Assembly (NCBI GenBank): GCA_002269645.1
Contig: NIVC01003584.1
Coordinates: forward strand, 1-64,000
Length of the DNA stretch: 64,000 bases
Reading direction: 5' to 3'
From: Macrostomum lignano
Lineage: Eukaryota
Under the pieces are notes generated by a model. That model ran no database searches, was not told where the DNA came from, and saw nothing but the letters and a program-made list of their open reading frames with translations. This document shows, piece by piece, positions 37,489 to 49,679 of the stretch. The stretch's first letter is position 1. Each line of letters starts with the position of its first letter. A program made the position numbers and the translations under genes.

Positions 37489-38640
37489 GAAGGCAGAAAT
37501 GACCAGGTGGGGCTGGGAAGAAGGGTGCGGCACCCTCAGCCTGAGCTGGCCTCGTTGATGTGCAGGTAGCTTGGGGTGTTTAAAGGGGTGCGAGGGCCGC
37601 TAGTCACTGCACATGTCACAACCAGTCTCAACCAAAAACCTCCGAGCTCAGGTAGCCACGGATATCCGCCTGTGGCTCATGAACTACTTATCGGATGAGC
37701 TGCTGCCCCAGCTGCGCCGCCTCATCAACACCCTGGTGAGCCGGGCGGAGTCGGAGACCGGCGTGCTCATGCCGGGCTACACCCACCTGCAGCGGGCCCA
37801 GCCGGTGCGCTGGTCCCATTGGCTGCTCAGCTACGCCTCCATGCTGCGCAGGGACTGCCAGAGACTGGCCGACTGCCGGGCCCGCACCGCCGTGTGCCCG
37901 CTGGGCAGCGGCGCCCTGGCCGGCAACCCCTTCGAGGTGGACAGGCAGGCGCTGGCCGGTACGGCGAGGGAATCGGAGCTGGGGAATCGGGGGTTGGGGA
38001 ATTCGGGTGTGGGGAATTAATGCGTGTGGAATTGGGAAGAGGAAGTATTGTCTTTAATTCTTAGATTCGAGAAAAGGTATTCCTAGAATCGTGAACAGGT
38101 ATTCCTGGAATCGTGAACAGGTATTCCTAGAATCGTGAACAGGTATTTTTTAGAATCGTTACCAGGTATTCCTAGAATCGTGAGCAGGTATTCTTAGAAT
38201 CGTGAGCAGGTATTCTTAGAATCGAGAACAGGTATTCCTGGAATCTTGAACAGGTATTCCTGGAATCCTGAACAGGTATTCCTGGAATAGTGAACAGTTA
38301 TTCTTAGATTCGCGAACAGGTATTCCTAGAATCATGAACAGGTATTGTTACAATCGTGAACAGGTATTCCTGGAATCGTGAACAGGTATTCCTGGAATCG
38401 TGAACAGGTATTCCTAGAATCGTGAGCAGGTATTGTTACAATCGTGAACAGGTATTCCTGGAATCGTGAAAAGGTATTCCTGGAATTGTGAACAGGTTTT
38501 CCTGGAATCGTGAACAGGTATTCCTGGAATCGTGGACAGGTATTCCTGGAATCGTGAACAGGTATTCCTGGAATTGTGGACAGGTATTTCTGGAATTGTG
38601 GACAGGTATTTCTGGAATCGTTGACAGGTATTCTTAGAAT
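37489..38640 (+). pseudogene. ASL: ASL fragment, copy 3 (exon-1 remnant, exon 2 at 37652-37958, part of intron 2)
   Basis: VATDIRLWL...[10 protein letters not shown] exon; same 5' junction as copy 2; ends in the 22-bp array. Confidence 0.9.
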
Positions 38641-39117
38641 CGCGGGAACCTGCCTCTTCGTGACGTTTCGTTAAAAATTGCTTTATTATGCATTCAGTTA
38701 AGCAACAGCAGTGTGCAGTGATTGAATGCTTCCTAAATTTGCCTTAACCAGTCCCCAGCCCTTTTGGCTAAAGAAAATTCGTTTCTCATTTATCCAGAAA
38801 AAAATTACAGATTCAAAACGGCTTGAGTCTGTTTTATTCATCATCACCGCTAGCTGCTTCACGCAAGCAGACGGTGGGCCTGATCGCTTCGGCGCCTCCT
38901 GCGCAGCCGAAAAAATATCTTGATTTGAGCTCATGCATCTGCGAGCAGTTGCATGCTCGATGTGACAGTGACAGAAAGCAAATCGAGACTCCCATAATCG
39001 CACAGCTCACTGATTCTTAATAACCACACAAGGCGTTAATATAGATTTCAATCTGGCTCACGCGGCTGCGACAGAGCTCTGTTTACCGATAGGCAAGCGG
39101 CTGCCTGCTGATCGAGA

Positions 39118-39131
39118 GTCTCCATGGCAAC
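39118..39131 (+). promoter_or_regulatory. X-box-like motif upstream of copy F
   Basis: GTCTCCATGGCAAC, about 93 bp before the ATG at 39224. Confidence 0.5.
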
Positions 39132-39223
39132 GCATCAATAAGGCTGCTGTTATTTAGCCTCTCTCTCGCACAGAGATTCGGCAATCTTCTGCTTAATGCC
39201 GCACTGACAAACCCAGCCTGGCC

Positions 39224-40052
39224 ATGCCTCTCTACAGGATTCTCTGTACTGCTCCGATCCTGAGCTGCCTGATCTGCGCCGCTCTCTGCCGGGAGTTCCA
39301 GATCTCGGACCTCGGCTGCTTCGTTGACTACACAAATGGCGTGCAGAGAGACGTTGGTGGCATGAAGAACATTGGCCTCACACGGATCGGCAGCTCCGAG
39401 GTATCTCAGATATACGATTCTATCAACTGCGGCCAGATGACTCGCGAGGTGTGCAGCAGCGTCTGCGCTCTGGGCGGCTTCCAGTTCGCGGCTCTGCAAT
39501 CGACATACTGGTGCTTCTGCGGCAACTCCTACGGGTCGCAGGGCGCTGCTCCTGACTCGGACTGCTTTCTTGCCTGCAGTGGAAACTCGGGCCAGAACTG
39601 CGGAGGTGATTGGCGAAACCGGGTGCTCCGGCTGAGCTACACCAACGGTGAGTTGCTGCTGCTGGTGGCCACTTGTTTAATTTTTGGCCTTCGTATGTTG
39701 CTGCATTGGATTTTGGCGACAGACAAACAAACTTTTAAGCAGACAATCAGATGCCTTTCAGTGGCTCAACTCAACTCAACTTCAAATTATTTCATTGCAA
39801 ATCGAAGGTAATGACTTCTTTGTTCGCGGCAACCGGAATTTCGTCGAACTCAACATCCCTGATGCGCCGAACTTTACGACTGTGAGCGCTCCGAGTCGGA
39901 TCCAGTGCGTGTCTCTGTGCTCCAGTAAAGGCTCCGGTTGCCAGGCGGTGATCTTCAGTCAGCAGCAGCGCCTGTGCCACCTGCTGGAGTATGCTGCGGT
40001 CCCGGCCGCCTTCAGCAGCGAAAGCAGCGGCGACTTCTTTGTCCGTGGCTGA
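39224..40052 (+). CDS. Secreted WSC-PAN protein, copy F (exons 39224-39647, 39808-40052)
   Basis: Same structure; 160-bp intron; in-frame join. Confidence 0.85.
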
Positions 40053-40964
40053 GTGCGAATGAAGCAGGTGCTGGTGCAGCTGAGCAGAGCAGACGAGCTG
40101 TAAGAACCGAAATTTAGAGGCAAATCAAAACAAACAGTGTCAACTAGCAAGCATACCTAAGCCTACTCAAAGACTTTAAAGTACTCAAAAGTACTCAAAG
40201 TACTAACAACTGTAGACGTCTGCGTCTGAAATCAACTGGCCGAAATTGAACGCGAACCTATTTTTGCTTCTCATCCGAAAATGCTAAACCTTTTTTACTT
40301 TTACCAAAATGTTTTTATGTACTTTCCTTTATAATCTTTGCGAATGCACTTCTGTGTGTTAGGCATTCGATTTCTGCTTTTGTTCTGTTAATTGTTGATT
40401 AGAACAGAGTAGTTTTGCGCGCAATCGGATACTTTTTGTCAGGATTCATTTTGTCAGTTAGTCAAAGGAAAGCAGCATTCGACCACTGCGCAATGGTGTT
40501 GCTTAACGGAATGTAGAATAAAGCAATGGTTTAACGAAACGTCACGAAGAGTCAGGTGCATGCCCCACTGAGAGTCGAGGGATGCCCAGTTGCACAGATG
40601 AGACACAGGACTCACTGATAAATTTCGTTTAATAAAACATTCTAAACCCTGCTGTGCCGCACTGCAGTCCTTGGTGAATCTGAGAGAACGGCCTGCAAGC
40701 ATGGCTGCATGGTTTCTGACCAATAGCAGAGGCCCAGCAACACCAAATACGTCTGTTACCGCCCGAGAAGAGAGCGAAGGCCCAGACTCCCGACGGTTCA
40801 TCAGGCTGATGACAATTCTTCTCTAGCGTGTGTACATGACTCAAAGTTTTCTGTGATTTTTTACTGACATCAATCGAGGACTTTTTACCGACTTTCAGCT
40901 CTGCATCTTCCGGACCGAGTCGTGCTGCCCACCAGCAGTGCAGTGCAGGAGCTGCTGCAGCCAC

Positions 40965-41180
40965 CGTGGCGTGTCAGGCTCTCACGCTACGAGCCCTGCT
41001 TCCATTCCGTGCGCGGTCACATAAGTTGAGGCTCGTGCAAGGAGAGTTTACTGACGGTTGTCATGCGATCCACAGCCTTGAGGGCCAACCCCAAAAGTGC
41101 AGGGTGTACATGCTTGACAATCAGAAAATCAGGACCGCTGTACACCCCATGCGAGCGTGTGGTGCAGGTGTGTAATTGCG
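40965..41180 (+). mobile_element. Older diverged SINE-family copy (related copies near 17340-17960, interrupted, and 47890-48075, minus)
   Basis: Shares GGTCACA, CCTTGAGGGCCAACCCC, GTGTACATGC and GGACCGCTGTACAC blocks with the SINE at 46104-46462. Confidence 0.55.
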
Positions 41181-41629
41181 TACAGTATTGGTGTGACCAT
41201 GGGAGAGTCCGCGAAATGGGCAGGATTGACTCAAGAGAGCCTGAGGCATCAATCCAAGTCAACTGCTGGCAAACTAATTAAAACGAAGCGAATGCATTCA
41301 CAATTTTTCATCATTCATTGACTAAAGAGCTACAAAATTCACATATTGATATTCGCCTGCACCAGCTGATAGGCATTGTGTATAATTTATTGTGCATAAT
41401 TTAAGCTGACTGGATGCTCAGGCTTGAGTGGAAGCATGCAGGACATCGATTTGTAAACAGCGTGTAGAATAAGAGATTATTAAGCGAAATTAAATCAGCA
41501 ATTCAGAACTCGCTGCGCTATGGTTAATATGGATGATTGGAATTGCACATTAGAGCTCGAACACTGCGATTCATAAGGCAATCAATGGTGACAAACAACA
41601 GGCACTCGCTTGTCTTTGCAAAGCTGGCT

Positions 41630-42740
41630 GTGTGTCTGTTTGTGTCTGCTTGTCCCAGTGTCTGTCTGTCCCTGCCTGTCCCAGTGTCTGCCTGTCCCAG
41701 TGTCTGTCTCAGTGTCCTCCTGTCCCAGTGTCTGTCTGTCCCAGTGTCTGCCTGTCCCAGTGTCTGCCTGTCCCAGTGTCTGCCTGTCCCAGTGTCTGCC
41801 TGTCCCTGCCTGTCCCATTGTTTGCCTGTCCCAGTGTCTGTCTGTCCCAGTGTCTGCCTGTCCCAGTGTCCTCTTGTCTCCAGTTTCTGCCTGTCCCAGT
41901 GTCTGTCTCAGTGTCCTCCTGTCCCAGTGTCTGTCTGTCCCAGTGTCTGCCTGTCTCAGTGTTTGTCCCAGTGTCCTCTTGTCTCAGTTTCTGCCTGTCC
42001 CAGTGTCTGTCTCAGTGTCCTCCTGTCCCAGTGTCTGTCTGTCCCAGTGTCTTCTTGTCTCAGTGTCTGCCTGTCCCAGTGCCTGTCCCAGTGCCTGTCC
42101 CAGTGCCTGTCCCAGTGCCTGTCCCAGTGCCTGTCCCAGTGCCTGTCCCAGTGCCTGTCCCAGTGCCTGTCCCAGTGTCTTCTTGTCTCAGTGTCTGCCT
42201 GTCCCAGTGCCTGTCCCAGTGCCTGTCCCAGTGTCTGCCTGTCCCAGTGCCTGTCCCAGTGCCTGTCCCAGTGCCTGTCCCAGTGCCTGTCCCAGTGCCT
42301 GTCCCAGTGCCTGTCCCAGTGCCTGTCCCAGTGCCTGTCCCAGTGCCTGTCCCAGTGCCTGTCCCAGTGCCTGTCCCAGTGCCTGTCCCAGTGCCTGTCC
42401 CAGTGTCTTCTTGTCTCAGTGTCTGCCTGTCCCAGTGCCTGTCCCAGTGTCTTCTTGTCTCAGTGTCTGCCTGTCCCAGTGCCTGTCCCAGTGCCTGTCC
42501 CAGTGCCTGTCCCAGTGCCTGTCCCAGTGTCTTCTTGTCTCAGTGTCTGCCTGTCCCAGTGTCTGCCTGTCCCAGTGTCTGCCTGTCACAGTGTCTGCCT
42601 GTCACAGTGTCTGCCTGTCACAGTGTCTGCCTGTCCCTGCCTGTCCCAGTGTCTGCCTGTCCCTGCCTGTCCCAGTGTCTGCCTGTCTCAGTGTCCTCCT
42701 GTCCCAGTGTCTGCCTGTCTGTCTTTCGGTCTGTCAGTCA
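41630..42740. repeat. CCCAGTG(TCTG)CCTGT minisatellite
   Basis: Direct reading. Confidence 0.95.
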
Positions 42741-43119
42741 GTGAGGCGGTTCATCCATATCTTATGTTTTCACTCTTAAAATCTCTTCTCGTCTCAATGA
42801 AGATAAAGGTTAGGAGTTGTAAATCAGGTGAACAATTAAGGTCATATAACCATTCGAAATCAGCAATAAGAATCACACACCATAAAAAATGATTAGAAAA
42901 TTTCAGCAGAAAATGGCTGAACCTAAGAATCAAGCAGAATTCCGTATACCAGTTGGCCTGAAGATTCGCATTTATCATGCCAGTGAATCGTGATGAACTG
43001 CATGCAATTCTATTAGTACTCATAGAGCTAGCAGAAACGCGATGATACCTGCAGTGATTTGCCTAATTCAGCTAAATATTGCAGTTGTCAGAAAGTTTCT
43101 GTTTCAATCATCTCGTTCG

Positions 43120-44064
43120 TCACTTCTGCTCGTCCCCCAGCCACCGCCTGAAGGCAGCCACCTGCTGGCGAACGGACTCCAGGGCGGTGCCGCCGAAGGC
43201 GCCGTACTGCTCAACGCTCGTCTCAAAGTCCCACAGCTGGGTGACGTCTTCGCCGAATTTCTCGCTGCGGGATGATTGGGGACAGAGGTCAGTCAGTCAG
43301 TCAGTCAGTCAGTCAGTCAGTCAGTCAGTCAGTCAGTCAGTCAGTCAGTCAGTCAGTCAGTCAGTCAGTCAGTCAGTCAGTCAGTCAGTCAGTCAGTCAG
43401 TCAGTCAGTCAGTCAGTCAGTCAGTCAGTCAGTCAGTCAGTCAGTCAGTCAGTCAGTCAGTCAGTCAGTCAGTCAGTCAGTCAGTCAGTCAGTCAGTCAG
43501 TCAGTCAGTCAGTCAGTCAGTCAGTCAGTCAGTCAGTCAGTCAGTCAGTCAGTCAGTCAGTCAGTCAGTCAGTCAGTCAGTCAGTCAGTCAGTCAGTCAG
43601 TCAGTCAGTCAGTCAGTCAGTCAGTCAGTCAGTCAGTCAGTCAGTCAGTCAGTCAGTCAGTCAGTCAGTCAGCTGCTCACCTGACAGTCCGGAAGTCCTC
43701 AAAGGTCAGCTGGTGCAGCTGACACGCCTTGGCTTCGGCCAGCGCCACGCAACGCCCGGAGGCGGCGTGGGCCTCCCTGAACGGCACCCCGCGGCGCACC
43801 AAATAGTAGGCCAGGTCGGTGGCCAACATGTCGCAGCTGAGGGCGCCGGCGCAGGCCTCCGGATGCACCGTCAGGGTGGCCACCACGCCGTCGGCGATTC
43901 GAACCACGGCTGACACGGTGTCAGCTGAGTCGAACAAGCCCTCCTTGTCCTCCTGCAGGTCCTTGTTAAAGGCGCTGGGCAGGGACTTCTGCACCATGAG
44001 CAGGGACACCAGGTGGCCGCACAGCCGTCCGGTTTTGCCGCGGATGAGCTCCAGACTGTCCGCG

Positions 44065-44096
<32 letters not shown>

Positions 44097-46086
44097 GCTG
44101 TACGCGTCCGACAGCGTGACGAAGCCGAACTCCTTGCTGCAGAAGAGGATCAGGTCCTCGGCGAGGCGGCTCAGGTGGTTGCCAAGCATGGCGGCCGCGA
44201 ACTGGAACTCCGAGGCGAAGTCGCGGTCCGCCACGGCGTCCAGACTGTTCCAGGTGACCCCAGAGGTGAAGCCGAGGGCGTCTGGGATTTCGGAGGGGGC
44301 TGATCAATACCTGCTCACGATTCTAAGAATACCACGCCCTAATTCAGCACACCCCAATACCCCACACCCTAATTCTCCACACCCAAATACCCCACACCCA
44401 AATACCCCAACACCCCAATTCCCAACATCCAATACTCTACAACCCTATTCCTCACACCCAAATACCTCACACCCCAATTCCCAACATCCAATACTCCACA
44501 CCCCTATTCCTCACACCCTTATTCCCCACACTCCAATTTCCCCACACCCAAATTCCTAACACCCAATACCCCACACCCCAATTCCTAACACCCAAATACC
44601 CCACACCCCATTTCTCCACACCCCAATACCCCACACCCCAACTCCCCACACCCCAATTCTCCACACCCCAATTCTCCACATCCCAATTCTCCACACCCCA
44701 ATTCTCCACACCCCAATTCTCCGCAACCCATTTCTCCACAACCTAATTCTCCACACCCCAATTCTCCACACCCCAATTCTCCGCAACCCATTTCTCCACA
44801 ACCCATTTCTCCACAACCCAATTCTCCACACCCCAATACCCCACACCCGAATTCCCAACACCCAATTCCCAACACCCAATTCCCAACACCCAATTCCCCA
44901 CACCCCGATTCCCCACACCCAATTCCCAACACCCAATTCCCAACACCCAATTCCCCACACCCCGATTCCCCACGCCCAATTCCCCACACCCCGATTCCCC
45001 ACACACAATTCCCCACACCCGATTCCCCACACCCAATTCCCCACACCCCGATTCCCCACACCCAATACCCCATCCCTCGCCCTACCGGCCAGCGCCTGCC
45101 TGTCCACCCCGAAGGGGTTGCCGGCCAGGGCGCCGCTGCCCAGCGGGCACACGGCGGTGCGGGCCCGGCAGTCGGCCAGTCTCTGGCAGTCCCTGCGCAG
45201 CATGGAGGCGTAGCTGAGCAGCCAATGGGACCAGCGCACCGGCTGGGCCCGCTGCAGGTGGGTGTAGCCCGGCATGAGCACGCCGGTCTCCGACTCCGCC
45301 CGGCTGACCAGGGTGTTGATGAGGCGGCGCAGCTGGGGCAGCAGCTCATCCGATAAGTAGTCCATGAGCCACAGGCGGATATCCGTGGCTACCTGAGCTC
45401 GGAGGTTTTTGGTTGAGACTGGTTGTGACATGAGGGGTCAGTCCCCCCTAAGCTACATGGATAATTAGGGGTCAGTCCCCCTAAGCTACATGGATAATGA
45501 GGGGTCAGTCCCCCCTAAGCTACATAGATAATTAGGGGTCAGTCCCCCCTAAGCTACATGGATAATTAGGGGTCAGTCCCCCTAAGCTACATGGATAATT
45601 AGGGGTCAGTCCCCCCTAAGCTACCTGGATAATGAGGGGTCAGTCCCCAAGCTACCTGGATAATGAGGGGTCAGTCCCCAAGCTACCTGCACATCAAGAG
45701 CGCCAGCTCAGGCTGAGGTGCCGCACCCCTCTCCCCAGCCCCACCTGGTCATTCCTGCTCCGCCCGGTGTGCAGCTTGGCGGCCGGGGCGCCCACCAGCT
45801 CCTTGAGGCGGCGCTCATTGGCGGTGTGGATGTCCTCGTCAGACGGCGCCGGGACGAAGCTGCCGGACTGCCATTCGGCGGCCACCAGATCCAGGCCGCG
45901 GTGCAGCTCGGAGGCCTCCGCCTCGGTCAGGAGGCCCGCGCCAACCAGCGCCGTGGCGTAGGCGCGGCTGCCGCGCAGGTCCTGGCGCCACATCCGCTTG
46001 TCGAAGGACAGGGAATCGTTGAACGCCTGCATGAGCGGGTCCAGGCCGCCTGTGAACCGGCCGCCCCACAGCTTGGACTCGGACAC
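43120..46086 (-). CDS. ASL: Argininosuccinate lyase, intact (exons 46086-45745, 45392-45086, 44281-43681, 43264-43120; 465 codons; start Met not in these exons)
   Basis: [78 protein letters not shown]; all introns GT-AG with consistent phases. Confidence 0.95.
43288..43672. repeat. (TCAG)n tract in ASL intron 3
   Basis: Direct reading. Confidence 0.98.
44340..45070. repeat. About 15-bp C-rich minisatellite (ATTCTCCACACCCCA) in ASL intron 2
   Basis: Direct reading. Confidence 0.93.
45432..45685. repeat. About 32-bp minisatellite in ASL intron 1
   Basis: Direct reading. Confidence 0.9.
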
Positions 46087-46103
46087 CTGCGAGGGTTCGG
46101 GAT

Positions 46104-46462
46104 TTTTTTTTTAGAGGCAGGGGGGTTGTGTGCACCCTGGCGCACTTTAAGCGACATAGCACACAACCGGCGAGAGGCATTACTGCTCATTCCGCCGACT
46201 CCCCTGAACAGGCATACAAGCGCGCGGATACGTACGCAGGCACACACTCACACAGGAGTGTACAGCGGTCCTAACTTTATATTATCGTTAGGCATGTACA
46301 CTTCACTGTGCCTTGGGGGGTTGGCTCTCAAGGCCGTTAATTGCACGAGCAGAGCCAAGCCGAGATTCCAATTCCGCCCTAAATTAATGTGACTGCACTT
46401 GGAATCGAGCCTGGGTCGCTGGCACACCAGAGGCGCTAGACCGCTGGGCTACGGCCCCCCTT
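46104..46462 (-). mobile_element. tRNA-derived SINE with poly(A) tail and 13-bp TSD
   Basis: A-box TAGCCCAGCGG and B-box-like GGCTCGATTCC at the 5' end; A-run at the 3' end; GAGGGTTCGGGAT at 46091-46103 and 46463-46475. Confidence 0.85.
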
Positions 46463-46949
46463 GAGGGTTCGGGATGGTACGAGCCGTAATTATTGTTGTC
46501 AAAAACTTTACCGTGACAAGAATAGCTAGAGTCATTGAAAAAAAAACTCTCTAGTGACTCTAGCGACTTCGAGGCAACTCTTGTGACTTTTAACGACTGT
46601 TAGGCGACTGTTGCGTCACAAGACTTGTAGAATCGTATAAGAGCCGTCCAAGAATTTTTGTGTTAGCGCTTAACTTTCGCTAGAGATGCGACTCTGATTC
46701 ATCAAGCGACGCAATGCGCTTCAAACGCAACTCAGTGACTCTACAGCGACTCTGGCGTAGAGACGACTTTACGGCCCCAGAGTCGTTTCAGAGTCGCAGG
46801 CTATAAAGCGATTCTTGAGCAACTCTTTGACGACTTTTTGGCGTCTTGTATCGTGACATCTCGTCGTTTTAAAGTCGTTTAGAGTCACTTATTTCCAATT
46901 TTACCCGTCATCTGCAACGACTCTGGGGCGACGCAAGTGACTCTTCTCG

Positions 46950-47890
46950 GCCTGGGTCCCTTTTTCATGGGGCTGTGAGCATCTTGGCCTGGATCCCTTT
47001 TTCATGGGGCTGTGAGCATCTTGGCCTGGATCCCTTTTTCATGGGGCTGTGAGCATCTTGGCCTGGATCCCTTTTTCATGGGGCTGTGAGCATCTTGGCG
47101 CAGCGCATCTTGGCCTGGATCCCTTTTTCATGGGGCTGTGAGCATCTTGGCCTGGATCCATTTTTCATGGGGCTGTGAGCATCTTGGCCTGGATCCATTT
47201 TTCATGGGCTGTGAGCATCTTGGCCTGGATCCCTTTTTCATGGGGCTGTGAGCATCTTGGCCTGGATCCCTTTTTCATGGGGCTGTGAGCATCTTGGCCT
47301 GGATCCCTTTTTAATGGGGCTGTGAGCATCTTGGCCTGGATCCCTTTTTCATGGGGCTGTGAGCATCTTGGCCTGGATCCCTTTTTCATGGGGCTGTGAG
47401 CATCTTGGCCTGGATCCCTTTTTCATGGGGCTGTGAGCATCTTGGCGCAGCGCATCTTGGCCTGGATCCCTTTTTCATGGGGCTGTGAGCATCTTGGCCT
47501 GGATCCATTTTTCATGGGGCTGTGAGCATCTTGGCCTGGATCCATTTTTCATGGGGCTGTGAGCATCTTGGCCTGGATCCCTTTTTCATGGGGCTGTGAG
47601 CATCTTGGCCTGGATCCCTTTTTCATGGGGCTGTGAGCATCTTGGCCTGGATCCCTTTTTAATGGGGCTGTGAGCATCTTGGCCTGGATCCCTTTTTCAT
47701 GGGGCTGTGAGCATCTTGGCCTGGATCCCTTTTTCATGGGGCTGTGAGCATCTTGGCCTGGATCCCTTTTTCATGGGGCTGTGAGCATCTTGGCCTGGAT
47801 CCATTTTTCATGGGGCTGTGAGCATCTTGGCGCAGCGCATCTTGGCCTGGATCCCTTTTTCATGGGGCTGTGAGCATCTTGGCGCAGCGC
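46950..47890. repeat. 37-bp minisatellite (GCATCTTGGCCTGGATCCCTTTTTCATGGGGCTGTGA)
   Basis: Direct reading. Confidence 0.95.
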
Positions 47891-48379
47891 ATCGTCCACA
47901 AAAGGCGCCAATACTGTAAGCAGGCACTCACACACGCTCACACAGGATGTACAGAGGCCCTTAACTTTCCAACCGTCAGGCATGTACAGTCTCGGTGCTT
48001 TGGGCTGAGTCGCACAACCCCCAAAATGAATGTGACCGCGCAGAGTGCAGGTGGGCCCATCCTAGATGCGTACTAACCACCACCAAGTCTGCTTAACTTG
48101 CATCGCTTACGGTGAATGCTCTGATTGCTGAAGCCTCACCTTACTTTCACCAGTTGCAGGTTTGCTTTCCGACATGCTTTTCAAGTTATTTGATTGGTTT
48201 ATTAACTGTTACGGACAGGTAGGCAAATCTGAAAGGGGATAATTGAAAATACCATTCGACATATTTACCCGGACTTCGAACTCAGGATTTACAGTCACTA
48301 TCATTTCATAAAACTGATTCTATATACCACTAACCATACATAAAGCTTGAAGCTCATGTTAAACTATGAGTTATTTACA

Positions 48380-49090
48380 TTTACCCTACCTGATGCTTCA
48401 GGCTAAACAATTTGAGCTCCTAATATTTACCCTACCTGAAGCTTCAGGTTGAACAATGAGTTCCTCATATTTACCCTACCTGATGCTTCAGGCTAATCAA
48501 TTTGAGCTCCTAATATTTACCCTACCTGAAGCTTCAGGTTGAACAATGAGTTCCTCATATTTACCCTACCTGAAGCTTCAGGTTGAACAATGAGCTCCTC
48601 ATATTTACCCTACCTGAAGCTTCAGGTTGAACAATGAGCTCCTCATATTTACCCTACCTGAAGCTTCAGGTTGAACAATGAGCTCCTCATATTTACCCTA
48701 CCTGAAGCTTCAGGTTGAACAATGAGCTCCTCATATTTACCCAACCTGAAGCTTCAGGTTGAACAATGAGTTCCTCATATTTACCCAACCTGAAGATTCA
48801 GGCTAAACAATTTGAGTTCCTCATATTTACCCAACCTGAAGCCTCAGGTTGAACAATGAGCTCCTCATAATTACCCTACCTGAAGCCTCAGGTTGAACAA
48901 TGAGTTCCTCATATTTACCCAACCTGAAGATTCAGGCTAAACAATTTGAGCTCCTCATATTTACCCAACCTGAAGCCTCAGGTTGAACAATGAGCTCCTC
49001 ATATTTACCCAACCTGAAGATTCAGGCTAAACAATTTGAGCTCCTCATATTTACCCAACCTGAAGCCCCAGGTTGAACAATGAGCTCCTT
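48380..49090. repeat. 44-bp minisatellite with internal 16-bp palindrome ACCTGAAGCTTCAGGT
   Basis: Direct reading. Confidence 0.95.
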
Positions 49091-49679
49091 ATATCTAAAC
49101 TACCTAACATCAATAAAAATGATCACTCTGAAGCATTCAGCTCCACCAGAAAAGTACAGAAACTAAACAAAGTAACAATTTACTTTAACAAAACAACTTA
49201 ACTTGGCTAAGTGATTCATATATTTATTTGACTGGTTTCTGGTATGCATAAATTGATCTAGATAAAAGGCAGTAACGCATATAGAAATATCCAAAGAATA
49301 GACATCCAAAATAAAGCAATAAATCAAGTGAAATCACAACAGATAAGATTAACTAAGAAAAGCCACAGCTCAATATAACGCCAGAAAGAGCCAGCGAGAG
49401 TGACGCGCACAGGCCGGTGACTGTGGCGGTGACACGTGAAGGACAAAATTTTAATAAAAATACATTTGCAGGAATAAAGGATAAACATGGGGACTCTGTG
49501 TCGTGAGAATGTCTGTCGCACTACTCATCTATGCATGCTTGAAGTACAACCTGAACTGTTGAATAAAAATAAGCCTTCTGCAACATTGATTGAGGTAATT
49601 TTATACGATGGACAAGCACGTCTCGAAACTGGATCAGCCACTTGCTTCATGGTGCATTTTCGGCATTAACATGTCCTTC

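Noticed and set aside
46143-46157. ATG TCG CTT AAA|GT as the ASL first exon
   Set aside because: It lies inside the SINE bounded by the TSD, so it cannot be the ancestral start, although secondary use is not excluded.
48380-49090. Palindromic 44-bp repeats (and 37-bp repeats at 46950-47890) as a CRISPR array
   Set aside because: Units are head-to-tail with no unique spacers, no cas genes, eukaryotic context.
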